From contig DUDM01000034.1 of assembly GCA_012959275.1 (NCBI GenBank), positions 16,688 through 80,687 of the forward strand: a stretch of DNA of 64,000 bases. The letters are read 5' to 3'. Position numbers and translations under genes: made by a program. Numbering within the stretch: position 1 is the stretch's first letter; every line of letters begins with the position of its first letter. The notes under the pieces are model-generated. The model worked only from the letters and a program-made list of their open reading frames with translations, did no database searches and had not been told where the DNA came from. This DNA comes from Candidatus Poseidoniales archaeon. Its GTDB lineage: Archaea > Thermoplasmatota > Poseidoniia > Poseidoniales > Poseidoniaceae. Shown here piece by piece: positions 54,963-64,000 of the stretch.

Positions 54963-56237
54963 ATGGCAACGACATTTAGTGCGAAGAATCCATACTCTTC
55001 AAAAATATCTGAAAACAGATTACTGAACGGCGAAGGAGCAACAAAAGAAACTCGACATCTTGTTTTTAATTTACCAGACGAGGGTCTTGAATACAAGGTC
55101 GGCGATGCTCTGGGGGTAATCGGAGAAAACCCAATTCAAACTGTGGAGGCTATTCTTGCTTGTACAGGATGGGATGGGCAGATGCAGGTTACTACACATA
55201 ATGGAGAAAAAAGCCTGCGCCAAGCTTTACTCACCGATGTTGAAATACACCGAGTCAACAAGAAATTCATCAATAGTTTACTTGAGAGAATCCCTGAAGA
55301 AAGAGGGATGATGAGCGCTAGGATCACCTCAAGAAGTAGAAGTTCAGTTTTAGGTGATGAAAACAATTCTTGGAATTGGTCAGGAGAATCTGATGACTGG
55401 CCTGATAATTACCCGTCTATTTCTCAAGGATCCAGCCCAAGGGCAATTGTCGAGAATCTCACTGAAGATGCAGAAGCGATGGAGAATTATATCTGGTCTA
55501 GAGATTATATCGACGTTATTGAACAATTTGGGGCGTTACATAGCCCTGAAGAATTGCTTGGCTTAGCAGATAAATTAAAACCACGCCTTTATTCAATCGC
55601 TAGTAGTTTAGATGCACACCCTGGGAAAGTCGAATTGACAGTTGCGATAGTACGTTATGAGCACCATGACAGACTTCGCGGCGGCCTTTGTACTGTTTAC
55701 ATGGCTGATGAAGTCGAAGTAGACAAGACCCCAGTTCGGATATTTATGTCTCCGACCAAATCTTTTGTTCTACCTGCAGACAAAAGCACTGATATTATCA
55801 TGGTTGGACCAGGTACTGGAATCGCACCATTCAGAGCCTTCTTAGAACAGAGAGAATTTGATTCTGGGGATGGAAGGAACTGGTTATTTTTCGGAGACCA
55901 GTCGGAAAAGACCGAGTATTATTATAGCGAACAAATCGAATCTTGGCTCAAAAATGGCACCCTTCACAAATATACTACGGCATGGTCAAGAGACCAAGCT
56001 GAGAAAATCTACGTCCAACATAGGATGGTTGAGAACGGTGAGGAAATTTGGCAATGGCTCTCCAATGGTGCCTATTTCTACATTTGTGGTGATAAAACAT
56101 ACATGGCCAAGGATGTCCATAAGGCCTTGATTCAAATCGCTCAAGACCATGGAGGATTATCCTTGGAGGATGCAACTCATTACTTTGAGAAGATTATGAT
56201 GCGCGAAGAAAAGCGATACCTTCGTGATGTATATTGA
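54963..56237 (+). CDS. CysJ / cytochrome P450 reductase-like FAD/NADPH-binding reductase lacking the flavodoxin domain
   Basis: RLYSIASS (FAD binding), MVGPGTGIAPFRAF, YICGD and a C-terminal RYLRDVY. Confidence 0.85.
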   Translation: MATTFSAKNPYSSKISENRLLNGEGATKETRHLVFNLPDEGLEYKVGDALGVIGENPIQTVEAILACTGWDGQMQVTTHNGEKSLRQALLTDVEIHRVNKKFINSLLERIPEERGMMSARITSRSRSSVLGDENNSWNWSGESDDWPDNYPSISQGSSPRAIVENLTEDAEAMENYIWSRDYIDVIEQFGALHSPEELLGLADKLKPRLYSIASSLDAHPGKVELTVAIVRYEHHDRLRGGLCTVYMADEVEVDKTPVRIFMSPTKSFVLPADKSTDIIMVGPGTGIAPFRAFLEQREFDSGDGRNWLFFGDQSEKTEYYYSEQIESWLKNGTLHKYTTAWSRDQAEKIYVQHRMVENGEEIWQWLSNGAYFYICGDKTYMAKDVHKALIQIAQDHGGLSLEDATHYFEKIMMREEKRYLRDVY

Positions 56238-56270
56238 ACCTAATTTGAGTTGAATTTCGCTCATAGAGTG

Positions 56271-56723
56271 TTATGCTAATTCCAAAACACTAGTTGGTAT
56301 CCCCATTTCACGTGCCTTTTCGATTGCAACTTTAGTCCACTTTGATCGGCTCTCTGGGAAAGCGATTAGATGGGTTGCTTTGGAAAGTAAATCTTCGACT
56401 AAAGATTCCCTTGCTTCAATTCTGCCACCATCTTCAAGCCCTTGGCGGTTTGCAACCCATGCTTCACGGAAAACTGCAATCTCTACGTTATTGTTATCAG
56501 CCCACCTTTCAACCAGATAATCTACACCGCTCGCACCACCAACGATAATCAAATCAGGCCATCCTGCAACTTCGACCCAATTATCCAGATGCTCTTCAAC
56601 GATTGAGAAGTCATAGAAGGTACTCGACCCAACTACGACCAAATTGATGACAATGCCATCTCCAGTTAGGTCCTTTCCTGAAAGCCGCTCGACCGTATCT
56701 TGTCCTGTTCCCATAAGCACCAC
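56271..56723 (-). CDS. DUF2493 / SLOG-family Rossmann-like protein
   Basis: LIIVGGASGVDYLVERWADNNNVEIAVF is typical of DUF2493. Confidence 0.65.
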   Translation of the reverse strand: MVLMGTGQDTVERLSGKDLTGDGIVINLVVVGSSTFYDFSIVEEHLDNWVEVAGWPDLIIVGGASGVDYLVERWADNNNVEIAVFREAWVANRQGLEDGGRIEARESLVEDLLSKATHLIAFPESRSKWTKVAIEKAREMGIPTSVLELA

Positions 56724-56849
56724 CCTGACGGGGCATCAGGTGTTGATACGAATGAACCTTACCCCTGAGAACTCAATATTAGAAGGTAATGAAGTGTGGA
56801 ATTGCAACCGCTGAGTTCATCTCCCTTCGACATTTGGAGGGAGTTAATG

Positions 56850-58187
56850 GGATTCAAGCGGGTGTTAATTGCCAACCGAGGAGAGATTGCTCTAAGAATC
56901 CTCAGAGCACTTCGGGAATTAGGAATCGAAGTGGCAATTATTCATGGCAGGGAAGACCGTTCTTCCCTTGCAGTCATGCAGTCTGATATCGCCGTTCCAA
57001 TCTATCGCGATAACCCTCTTGATTCATACCTTGATGTTGAGGCAGTAGTTGCCGCAGCAAAGAGCGTTGAGGCAGATGCAGTACACCCAGGTTATGGGTT
57101 TCTTGCAGAAAATGCTGGCTTTGTACGCAGATTAGAAGAAGAGGGTATTACATTTATTGGCCCTTCATCCGATGTCATTACATTACTTGGAGATAAGATA
57201 GAAGCAAGGGCTGCAATGGAGGCAGCGGGCCTTCCAGTTGCTAAAGGTAGTTCCGAACCTATTTCAGAAGCCGAAGTTGCATCAGCATTAGCCGATGAAA
57301 TCGGCTATCCCGTTATCATCAAAGCAGCCGCAGGCGGCGGTGGAATAGGCATGCAAATCGTAGAACAGGCAGGAGAATTTACTTCGGCTCTGAACCTCTG
57401 CCGTTCACGTGCTCGCAGTGCCTTTGGAGATGAACGAGTATTCGTTGAAAAATACATTGAAGGTGCACAACATGTAGAATTTCAAGTACTAGGTGACGGA
57501 GTGAAAGCCATTCATTTTGGCGAGAGATTCTGTAGTATTCAAAGAAGGCATCAGAAATTAGTAGAAGAAGGTCCTTGGTTGGATGCCCATGAAAGGGAAA
57601 AAATTGGAGATTTAGTATGCCGTGGTGCCGAGACTGTTGGTTACAAGGGCTTAGCAACATTCGAATTCTTAAGAGATGAAAATGGCGATTTCTACTTCCT
57701 CGAAGTTAATCCTAGAGTACAGGTAGAACATACGGTCACAGAAATGATAACCGGCCATAATCTGGTGCAATTGGGAATAAAAATTGCAGAAGGCGAGTCC
57801 CTTAGTCTTGAGCAATCCGATATCGAGTGGACTGGTCATGCCATTCAATGTCGGCTTAATGCAGAAGACCCAATTCAATTTATCCCCTCACCTGGAAAAT
57901 TATGGCAATGCCATTTCCCTGCAGGTTATGGAATTCGCGTAGATACCCATGCCCATATTGGTTATGAGATGCCAGGCTGCTTCGATAGTTTATTGGCTAA
58001 ATTATTGGCTTGGGGGCCGACTAGAGAAGATGCAATCGCACGAATGCGTTCTGCCTTAGATGAGACCATATTAACTGGTGTTGAACACTTGGTTCCATTA
58101 CATAGAAAGATAATGGATGAAGAAGATTTCTTGGCAAGAAAAATAACCATTCAATACATAGAAAATCACAAGGAATTATTGGGGTGA
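56850..58187 (+). CDS. accC: biotin carboxylase (acetyl-CoA or pyruvate carboxylase subunit A)
   Basis: ATG at 56850 gives MGFKRVLIANRGEIALRILRA. EVNPRVQVEHTVTE and ATP-grasp motifs. Confidence 0.9.
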   Translation, partial: GFKRVLIANRGEIALRILRALRELGIEVAIIHGREDRSSLAVMQSDIAVPIYRDNPLDSYLDVEAVVAAAKSVEADAVHPGYGFLAENAGFVRRLEEEGITFIGPSSDVITLLGDKIEARAAMEAAGLPVAKGSSEPISEAEVASALADEIGYPVIIKAAAGGGGIGMQIVEQAGEFTSALNLCRSRARSAFGDERVFVEKYIEGAQHVEFQVLGDGVKAIHFGERFCSIQRRHQKLVEEGPWLDAHEREKIGDLVCRGAETVGYKGLATFEFLRDENGDFYFLEVNPRVQVEHTVTEMITGHNLVQLGIKIAEGESLSLEQSDIEWTGHAIQCRLNAEDPIQFIPSPGKLWQCHFPAGYGIRVDTHAHIGYEMPGCFDSLLAKLLAWGPTREDAIARMRSALDETILTGVEHLVPLHRKIMDEEDFLARKITIQYIENHKELLG

Positions 58188-59122
58188 AAATTGTGGATGT
58201 TGTTATGATTGGTAGTATTGCATATGATAGTGTAGAGAGTCCAGCAGGTAAGATTGTCGAGGGATTGGGAGGTTCTGCAACCTTTGCCGGAGTATCTGCT
58301 TGTAGATTGAATCAAAGATTGGACGCAGGACTAAGTATCGGTGCAGTTGGTGTAATCGGCAAAGATTTCCTTGAATCTGATATTGAGCGACTAGAAAGTC
58401 AAGGGATGGATCTCTCCGGAGTTGAGAGGTCGGATGATTTAACATTCCGTTGGGTCGCTCGTTATGGTGCTGATTTTGGGGATGTGGAGACTCTTGATAC
58501 ACATGTAAATTGTATTATTGGATATTCTCCGGTTGTGCCATCTGAGTGGAAGAATGCATCCATATTACTACTAGCAAATATGGCGCCATCTCTACAATTA
58601 GCAGTACTTGAACAAATGCACGATGATGTTATCGTACTTGCTGATTCTATGGAAAAATGGATTGTTGAGAATTTGGATGAAGTAAAACATGTGTTCAGTC
58701 GAACTGATGTCCTCGTGGTCAATGAAATTGAAGCAGAATCATTAACAGGGATTTCCGAACCAAAATTAGCGGCAGTTGGATTATTGAATTTGATAAAAGA
58801 AAATGGAATAGTAATCGTGAAACTAGGGGCTCAAGGTGCTTTGGCCCTAATCGAAGGTGAGATAATCCAGATATCCGCGGTTCCAAATTGCACCCCCGCA
58901 GATCCAACTGGTTGTGGAGATAGTTTCATTGGAACTTTAGCAGCGCATTTTGCTGCAAACATCAAGAATAATTTAACCCCTTACTTGAAACTCCGTGAGA
59001 GTATGGTTGATGCAACAGTAGCAGCATCTCTTGCTTTGGAAGGATTCAGTATTCAAGCAATCGAAGCAGCTGGAATCACTGAGTATGCACGCCGAGCAGC
59101 ATTAGTAGATTCAATTGTTTGA
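58184..59122 (+). CDS. PfkB-family carbohydrate/nucleoside kinase
   Basis: GTGA overlap with accC. GGSATFAG N-terminal motif and DPTGCGDSFIG C-terminal motif. Confidence 0.85.
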   Translation: MKIVDVVMIGSIAYDSVESPAGKIVEGLGGSATFAGVSACRLNQRLDAGLSIGAVGVIGKDFLESDIERLESQGMDLSGVERSDDLTFRWVARYGADFGDVETLDTHVNCIIGYSPVVPSEWKNASILLLANMAPSLQLAVLEQMHDDVIVLADSMEKWIVENLDEVKHVFSRTDVLVVNEIEAESLTGISEPKLAAVGLLNLIKENGIVIVKLGAQGALALIEGEIIQISAVPNCTPADPTGCGDSFIGTLAAHFAANIKNNLTPYLKLRESMVDATVAASLALEGFSIQAIEAAGITEYARRAALVDSIV

Positions 59123-60793
59123 ATCGAGTCTTGGTAATCCAGCGACTCCAAGATTGTCTGATTCTGTGGTTGGTACGAGTTCTGAAAACTTGGCTGGAAC
59201 CTGTTCATCTTCTTGAATTGAGGTACGATGCTTTTGAAGGATACGTTCCAAGTCCTCTGCGACCATACCACTATCTGATTCTGAAATATTTCTGACTTCT
59301 TCTAATAATTGTGACTCACGCTTTCTATTCGCTTCCATCCTCAACAATTCACCGCTGCGCAATCTGTTCGAACCTTTTTCCAACCATTTCTTAGGAATTT
59401 TTGCAAGTTTTCCAAGTCCGGGCAATACTCGGCCTCTCATTCCTCTCTTGCTTTCCAAAGCCGTTGAATTTGCTCTCATCTTAATTCTGCGAAATCTGCT
59501 TTGACTATTTGAATCAACCAATTTCTGCATATGCGGATATTTTATTCCACTGTTTTTGTTTTTGATTATATTTTCCTCAGAAAGTTGAGCCGATGCGACT
59601 AATGGCGTCGCTATTTCTTCAACTAACTCGTCCTCAATTGCTGTTGGTTCAACTTGAATCAAGTCGCGTTCTGGGTCATCCCCAGTGAGTGGAGATAAAA
59701 AGGTTGGAATGAAAGTTGTAGGTCTGACTGATTTCTGAAGTTGCCCATTCAGACCAGAATCACCTGATGGTCTTTGAGCATCTTGAATCATCTGTTGGGA
59801 TGAGAACGGTTGTTGGTACCTAACTTGTTGTGGTTGTGCCGGTATTTGAGTTTGGCTTGGTGAATCGAACAAACCTCCTTCTGAAAACATTGAGAAGCCT
59901 TGAGTAAAATTATTTTCTTGCTGAGTTTGACGAGGTTGAGTAAATACATTACCAGGTAAGGGTTGAACATTCGCCATTGCCCATGGGTCATCAACTACCT
60001 CAGGGCTATGTGCCAAGGCGATCATCTGGTCTTGGGCCTCCCTTGCTCTACCGAAGGAATTTGGTTCCATTAATGTCTCACGATGTTCGGGTTCAATGGA
60101 AACTTCCGCAGCGCCCACTGCTTCTTGGGTCCATTGTGGGGGTAAAATGAGGTCAGCCTCCTTTGGCCCCTCATTGATAATTGCAGAGATAGATGGATTA
60201 GAGATGAGCGGTTCAGGCTCGCTTTCTTGAATGAGTTGGTCGACAATCGCCTTGGTTCCTGGATAATCTGCTTCTCTAGATAGGAATGCCAAACCTTCTC
60301 TTGCTTCTTCAAGGCTCTGTCCATCCTGCAATCTATGAACTAATGCAGCCATTCTCATCAAAGATGCGTCGTTTCCGAACAAAGTATGGCAGTCACCATC
60401 ATTGGAATCAATTGTCAAAGTTGGTCTTCTACCCATTGCCCAGATAAGAACAATCAATCCACCACTGCCAAAAAACCAGTATTGGGTTGGTGGAATGAAT
60501 ACCCTCCAAGCAGCATAAATGAGAAATAAGCCAATACCAAATAGCCATCTTGGAACAAGAGGAGTAGTATGATGACGCACCCTTACTATACTTTCGAGAC
60601 GAATATTGAGAGTGTGCCCTGTGCGTCGTTCAAGCAGTAACCGAGATTCATCGAGAACTGCTTTACAAATTCCGTCAAAACCCGCTAAACGTAGAGAGGA
60701 GAACACTTCCGCGTCTCCCCCCTCGCAGCGAGAATCCTGCAAGGTAGAGTGCATCCCAGTAGGCCGAGCATTCAGGGCACAATATGAATGCAC
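59111..60793 (-). CDS. hypothetical membrane protein with Gln/Pro-rich disordered centre
   Basis: 560 aa. The N-terminal roughly 150 aa have two TM segments (WLFGIGLFLIYAAW, GGLIVLIWAMG). The middle is PQ-rich (QTQIPAQPQQVRYQQPFSSQQMIQ). Basic C-terminal part. Confidence 0.6.
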   Translation of the reverse strand: MHSYCALNARPTGMHSTLQDSRCEGGDAEVFSSLRLAGFDGICKAVLDESRLLLERRTGHTLNIRLESIVRVRHHTTPLVPRWLFGIGLFLIYAAWRVFIPPTQYWFFGSGGLIVLIWAMGRRPTLTIDSNDGDCHTLFGNDASLMRMAALVHRLQDGQSLEEAREGLAFLSREADYPGTKAIVDQLIQESEPEPLISNPSISAIINEGPKEADLILPPQWTQEAVGAAEVSIEPEHRETLMEPNSFGRAREAQDQMIALAHSPEVVDDPWAMANVQPLPGNVFTQPRQTQQENNFTQGFSMFSEGGLFDSPSQTQIPAQPQQVRYQQPFSSQQMIQDAQRPSGDSGLNGQLQKSVRPTTFIPTFLSPLTGDDPERDLIQVEPTAIEDELVEEIATPLVASAQLSEENIIKNKNSGIKYPHMQKLVDSNSQSRFRRIKMRANSTALESKRGMRGRVLPGLGKLAKIPKKWLEKGSNRLRSGELLRMEANRKRESQLLEEVRNISESDSGMVAEDLERILQKHRTSIQEDEQVPAKFSELVPTTESDNLGVAGLPRLDSNN

Positions 60794-60845
60794 CGATTGT
60801 TAACAGGTGTGAGAGCGGTAGTTTGGCATCACTTCAGACTTGCCA

Positions 60846-61922
60846 TCAACAAGATTTGAGGCTGGTGATTTGCCCTAAAATACGTGGATTTGAGTCTAAT
60901 TGATTCAATAAAGCGCGGCCAGGCCCATCAATACGAATTAGAATAGGAGCATCCCATTCAACAATCAATGAATCCCCATCAACTTCTTCCACTCTACCAA
61001 CAGCAAATTGTAAGTCAAGGGAAAGATGAACGACATCTCCTTTCTCAAGTGTACGGCGATTAAACGGGCTCTTTTTCAAGGTTAACTTTGTTTTACTACA
61101 TTCAACGAGGGGGATTGGTAAGGCCTCATCAGCCTTCTTTTCGACAATAGGGTTTTGTACGATTATTGCCCCACCTCCAAGCCATTCTTCCTTTGCATTT
61201 CGCATTGCTATTCCGACTCTATCTCCTGCTTTAGCAACTTTAACATCGTCATCCATGACCTGTAATGAGCGAGCATTTGCCATACCATTTGATGGCAGGG
61301 CTAACAAATCATCATGAACTGATACCTTTCCTTGTTGAACATATCCAATTGCCACTAACCCGATTCCCTTGACATTGAAGAATTGGTCTACTGGAACAAT
61401 TAGAGGAAGAGTTTCTTCCTTGGCAAGTTCATCTAATGATGATTCAAGAATTTCTTGTAGCATTTCTCGAATTTGTATTCCATCATGAGGAGTTTGTTTC
61501 CACCCTCCTAATCCTGCTTGTTGCATTAGGCCTTTCACTTGATCTTCATCTACCCAACCTCCTTCAGATGGATTAATTACAAAAATTCCATGATTGATAC
61601 CGGATGACGAAAAAGCAATGAGGGCCTCGCCGAGGGCTGCATTCACTTCAGTGATTTCTAGTAGCCCTGCTCTAGCAACTCCAAGTGCCCCTAATAGTGG
61701 CCGAAGGCGCTCTGGAAACTTAGCTGGCCTAATCAATGAGAGAATTCTTTGACTGCCATCACTTGCATTTTCTTTGTGAACATAGGTATGAACATCCCTT
61801 TGGTCAGAGGCTTTGGCAATTTCCTTGGCTAAAGAATCGCTTCCGACCATGGCTATATTCAGGACTGGCATGGAAGCAGCCGAGAGGCCATCCCTTGTTG
61901 ATATTGGTGATTGAGTAATCAT
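60846..61922 (-). CDS. EF-Tu/SelB-like protein with degenerate G domain (predicted pseudo-GTPase)
   Basis: EF-Tu domain-II pattern VDQFFNVKGIGLVAIGYVQQGKVSVHDDL ... AKAGDRVGIAMRN. The position of the P-loop reads IAMVGSDSLAKEI (no GxxxxGK[ST]). No DxxG or NKxD is visible. Confidence 0.6.
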   Translation of the reverse strand: MITQSPISTRDGLSAASMPVLNIAMVGSDSLAKEIAKASDQRDVHTYVHKENASDGSQRILSLIRPAKFPERLRPLLGALGVARAGLLEITEVNAALGEALIAFSSSGINHGIFVINPSEGGWVDEDQVKGLMQQAGLGGWKQTPHDGIQIREMLQEILESSLDELAKEETLPLIVPVDQFFNVKGIGLVAIGYVQQGKVSVHDDLLALPSNGMANARSLQVMDDDVKVAKAGDRVGIAMRNAKEEWLGGGAIIVQNPIVEKKADEALPIPLVECSKTKLTLKKSPFNRRTLEKGDVVHLSLDLQFAVGRVEEVDGDSLIVEWDAPILIRIDGPGRALLNQLDSNPRILGQITSLKSC

Positions 61923-61928
61923 TGGCCT

Positions 61929-62411
61929 TCAATAGGATTTTGCCTTTAGTAGATCCTCTCGAATTGCCTTGGCTTGCTTCCAAATTTTCTCTTGTTGCTC
62001 ATTTTGCGGAACGTATTGAGGAATTGGAATTGGCCTCATTTGATTATCGATTGCCACCATGAAGAAAAAACCTGAACAGATTTCAACTCTGGTCCAATCA
62101 GCTTTTCGCATCGCATACGCGATTACTTTGCAACATGCAGTATGAGTTGAGGTGAATACCACTTCACCGACTACTTCTATCAGGTCCCCTTGACGTGCTG
62201 GACTCTTGAATTCCATTGTGTCGATTGACACTGTAACGAACTCTCTATGGGCGAACTTACTGGCTACAATTCCTGCTGCTTTATCCATCATTGACATCAA
62301 TTTTCCACCGAATAATGTGCCATAACTATTGGTATCCTGAGGAAAGACTTCCTCGATTAGCGTAACTGGTTCTTGACTAAATGGTTCCATCTTTCTCAAC
62401 ACTCGCAGCAT
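61929..62411 (-). CDS. acyl-CoA thioesterase (hotdog fold)
   Basis: QDTNSYGTLFGGKLMSMMDKAAG and VSIDTMEFKSPARQGD. Confidence 0.85.
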   Translation of the reverse strand: MLRVLRKMEPFSQEPVTLIEEVFPQDTNSYGTLFGGKLMSMMDKAAGIVASKFAHREFVTVSIDTMEFKSPARQGDLIEVVGEVVFTSTHTACCKVIAYAMRKADWTRVEICSGFFFMVAIDNQMRPIPIPQYVPQNEQQEKIWKQAKAIREDLLKAKSY

Positions 62412-62480
62412 GGGCTATGCTATCAAGTCATGTAGGGTTGTAATGTCGCACGCTTCATTTATGAGACCTTTGTCGCCTTA

Positions 62481-63146
62481 GTGATGACACTTGGTAACTT
62501 GGAGCAAAAAGTAGCGGTCGCTTTGGTTTCTGGAGGAATTGATTCACCAGTTGCTGTTGCTCGAATGCTTTCAGATGGATGGAAGATTCACGCTCTACAT
62601 GCATCTCAAGAACCGATTTCAGGGCCCGAGGCAGAAAATAAAACTCTTGTCTCATTGCAACATCTCAACTCACTATATTCGGGATTACTGCATCAAGAAT
62701 TGGTAGTTGTACCTGTTGCAGAAGCATTGACTGGATTCACGAAGGGTGATGCTCACCGTGATTATTTTGTACATATGAAAAGATTGTTTCAAACTTTGGC
62801 TTCTTTACTAGCAAAGGAGGTTGGTGCCACCCATATATTGAGTGGAGAAAACTTAGGTCAAGTATCCTCCCAAACTCTCGGAAACATGGGTGCGGTAGAG
62901 GTGGCAAGTAGCCTGCCGGTATTGCGACCATTATTGGGTTTGGATAAGCAAGAAATCATTGCCATGGCTAGAGCCTTAGGAACATACGAAATCAGCGTTG
63001 GGCCTGAAGAATGTGATGCATTAGGTCCAAAGCACCCTACTACAATTGCAAACTTAGAACGTTTACACGGTAATGAAGGAGGCTCGGAAGGATTGGTAGA
63101 AATTGCTTCAAAATGCTGGCAATCCAGCCGTCGAAGGACTTTGTGA
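62481..63146 (+). CDS. ThiI-like PP-loop ATP pyrophosphatase domain protein (no THUMP domain)
   Basis: PP-loop ALVSGGIDSPVA, then GENLGQVSSQTL and RPLLGLDKQEII. Confidence 0.8.
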   Translation: MMTLGNLEQKVAVALVSGGIDSPVAVARMLSDGWKIHALHASQEPISGPEAENKTLVSLQHLNSLYSGLLHQELVVVPVAEALTGFTKGDAHRDYFVHMKRLFQTLASLLAKEVGATHILSGENLGQVSSQTLGNMGAVEVASSLPVLRPLLGLDKQEIIAMARALGTYEISVGPEECDALGPKHPTTIANLERLHGNEGGSEGLVEIASKCWQSSRRRTL

Positions 63147-63243
63147 AATTAGTAAATCTAATTATAATTTTAGGCATCAAAGACCCGATGGGTTTTCATG
63201 TAACTGGCAAGTGGCGCAATGTACTGCACTGAGGTGTATTTAG

Positions 63244-64000
63244 ATGAATGACGAAGGAAGACGTATCCCTGCACTGCTGTTAGTGTTCTTAATGCTCATT
63301 AGCAGCCTTGCTTCAGCAGCCACAACCACCACAAATTTCAGCAATGGTTCAGATGAAGCATTTGTTGAAATAAAAGAAGCACTTACCTACAGTAATTCTA
63401 TCGACGGAAGTGTTAGCCTTCCCGCTGGAGATACAGTAACAAGTGCCACTATTAATGTTGCAACTACGATGACAAATCATAGCCAATTGGTGAAGTATGA
63501 CTCAAGTGTCAACCTCGATTTGTGGGATCCTGCCTACAATAATCAACAGACCTTTTACTCCAATAAGGATGATTTCACCTATACTGACAAATCTTTGAAG
63601 TTAGTTTCAGATGGTTTCACTTCCGATTTTGAGGGTACTAATGCCGGTTTTCAAGCCTCAGTTCAACCACCTGCAGAAAATACTTGGGAGCATGGAAAGT
63701 TAGCAAACCAAAATGATATTGATTTGGATTGTAATAGTGGAGATGCATGTTGGGGAACTAATATATTCGATGATTATTATCCAGACGATGCCCCAACGGG
63801 CGCAAACAATTTCGATATGGAAATGCACTCTCCATCGATGTACGTTAGTTCAACAGGATACATTGCAAAGTTTGCATCATTCCATTCACTGTTTTGGAAT
63901 AATTCTGGCACCAATGCAACTCCTGCCAATGCGATGTATGATTGTGCATACGTAAAAGCTTCAAGTTCAATCAATGGTCAGGATTGGGGTGGAGTATGGA
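63244..64000 (+). CDS. N-terminal part of a large secreted protein (3' end outside the window)
   Basis: ATG at 63244. My translation MNDEGRRIPALLLVFLMLISSLASAATTTTNFSNGSDEAF... stays open to the window end (252 codons). Has a signal peptide and NxS/T sequons. It is absent from the ORF track because no stop lies in the window. Confidence 0.65.
   Translation, partial: MNDEGRRIPALLLVFLMLISSLASAATTTTNFSNGSDEAFVEIKEALTYSNSIDGSVSLPAGDTVTSATINVATTMTNHSQLVKYDSSVNLDLWDPAYNNQQTFYSNKDDFTYTDKSLKLVSDGFTSDFEGTNAGFQASVQPPAENTWEHGKLANQNDIDLDCNSGDACWGTNIFDDYYPDDAPTGANNFDMEMHSPSMYVSSTGYIAKFASFHSLFWNNSGTNATPANAMYDCAYVKASSSINGQDWGGVW

Noticed and set aside
1-64000. CRISPR arrays, IS elements, integrases, prophage or toxin-antitoxin modules
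   Set aside because: I looked for direct-repeat arrays, terminal inverted repeats, and transposase or integrase-like ORFs. I found none. The only tRNA (9391-9465) has no adjacent integrase or partial duplicate.

Overview
This is a 64-kb chromosomal segment from an archaeon. Diagnostic genes include thermosome, Alba, Orc1/Cdc6, Bud32, deoxyhypusine synthase, archaeal-type PPAT fused to DUF359 dephospho-CoA kinase, an HTH_10 regulator and FlaI/FlaJ-type pilus genes. Giant acidic secreted proteins, peptidases, beta-oxidation genes and GGAGG ribosome-binding sites also occur. Together these best fit a planktonic heterotrophic euryarchaeon such as Marine Group II/Poseidoniales, but that assignment is inference only. 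I call about 60 protein genes, most tightly packed with several ATGA/GTGA overlaps. I also call one tRNA-Gly(GCC), one roughly 290-nt noncoding island that looks like a structured RNA, and a probable replication origin beside orc1/cdc6. I saw no rRNA, CRISPR array, transposase or integrase. The best candidate for something undescribed is the 46.1-49.6 kb locus. It holds a divergent pair of winged-helix proteins, one an 866-aa orphan. Two exact copies of the archaeal ORB core TCCAGTGGAAAC lie there, about 6 kb from orc1. The structured-RNA island directly follows and contains a textbook kink-turn hairpin. I could not assign that RNA to SRP RNA or RNase P RNA. Other notable items: a protein made of six tandem CCHC zinc knuckles, and a Tad-like type IV pilus module with a split, decorated platform protein and two atypical pilin-like genes. 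There is also a sodN-sodX nickel superoxide dismutase pair, a BoxB/PaaA-like di-iron oxygenase island, an EF-Tu-like protein with a degenerate G domain, and a PPAT-DPCK fusion. All calls rest on reading the supplied translations and sequence by eye. No database search was run.
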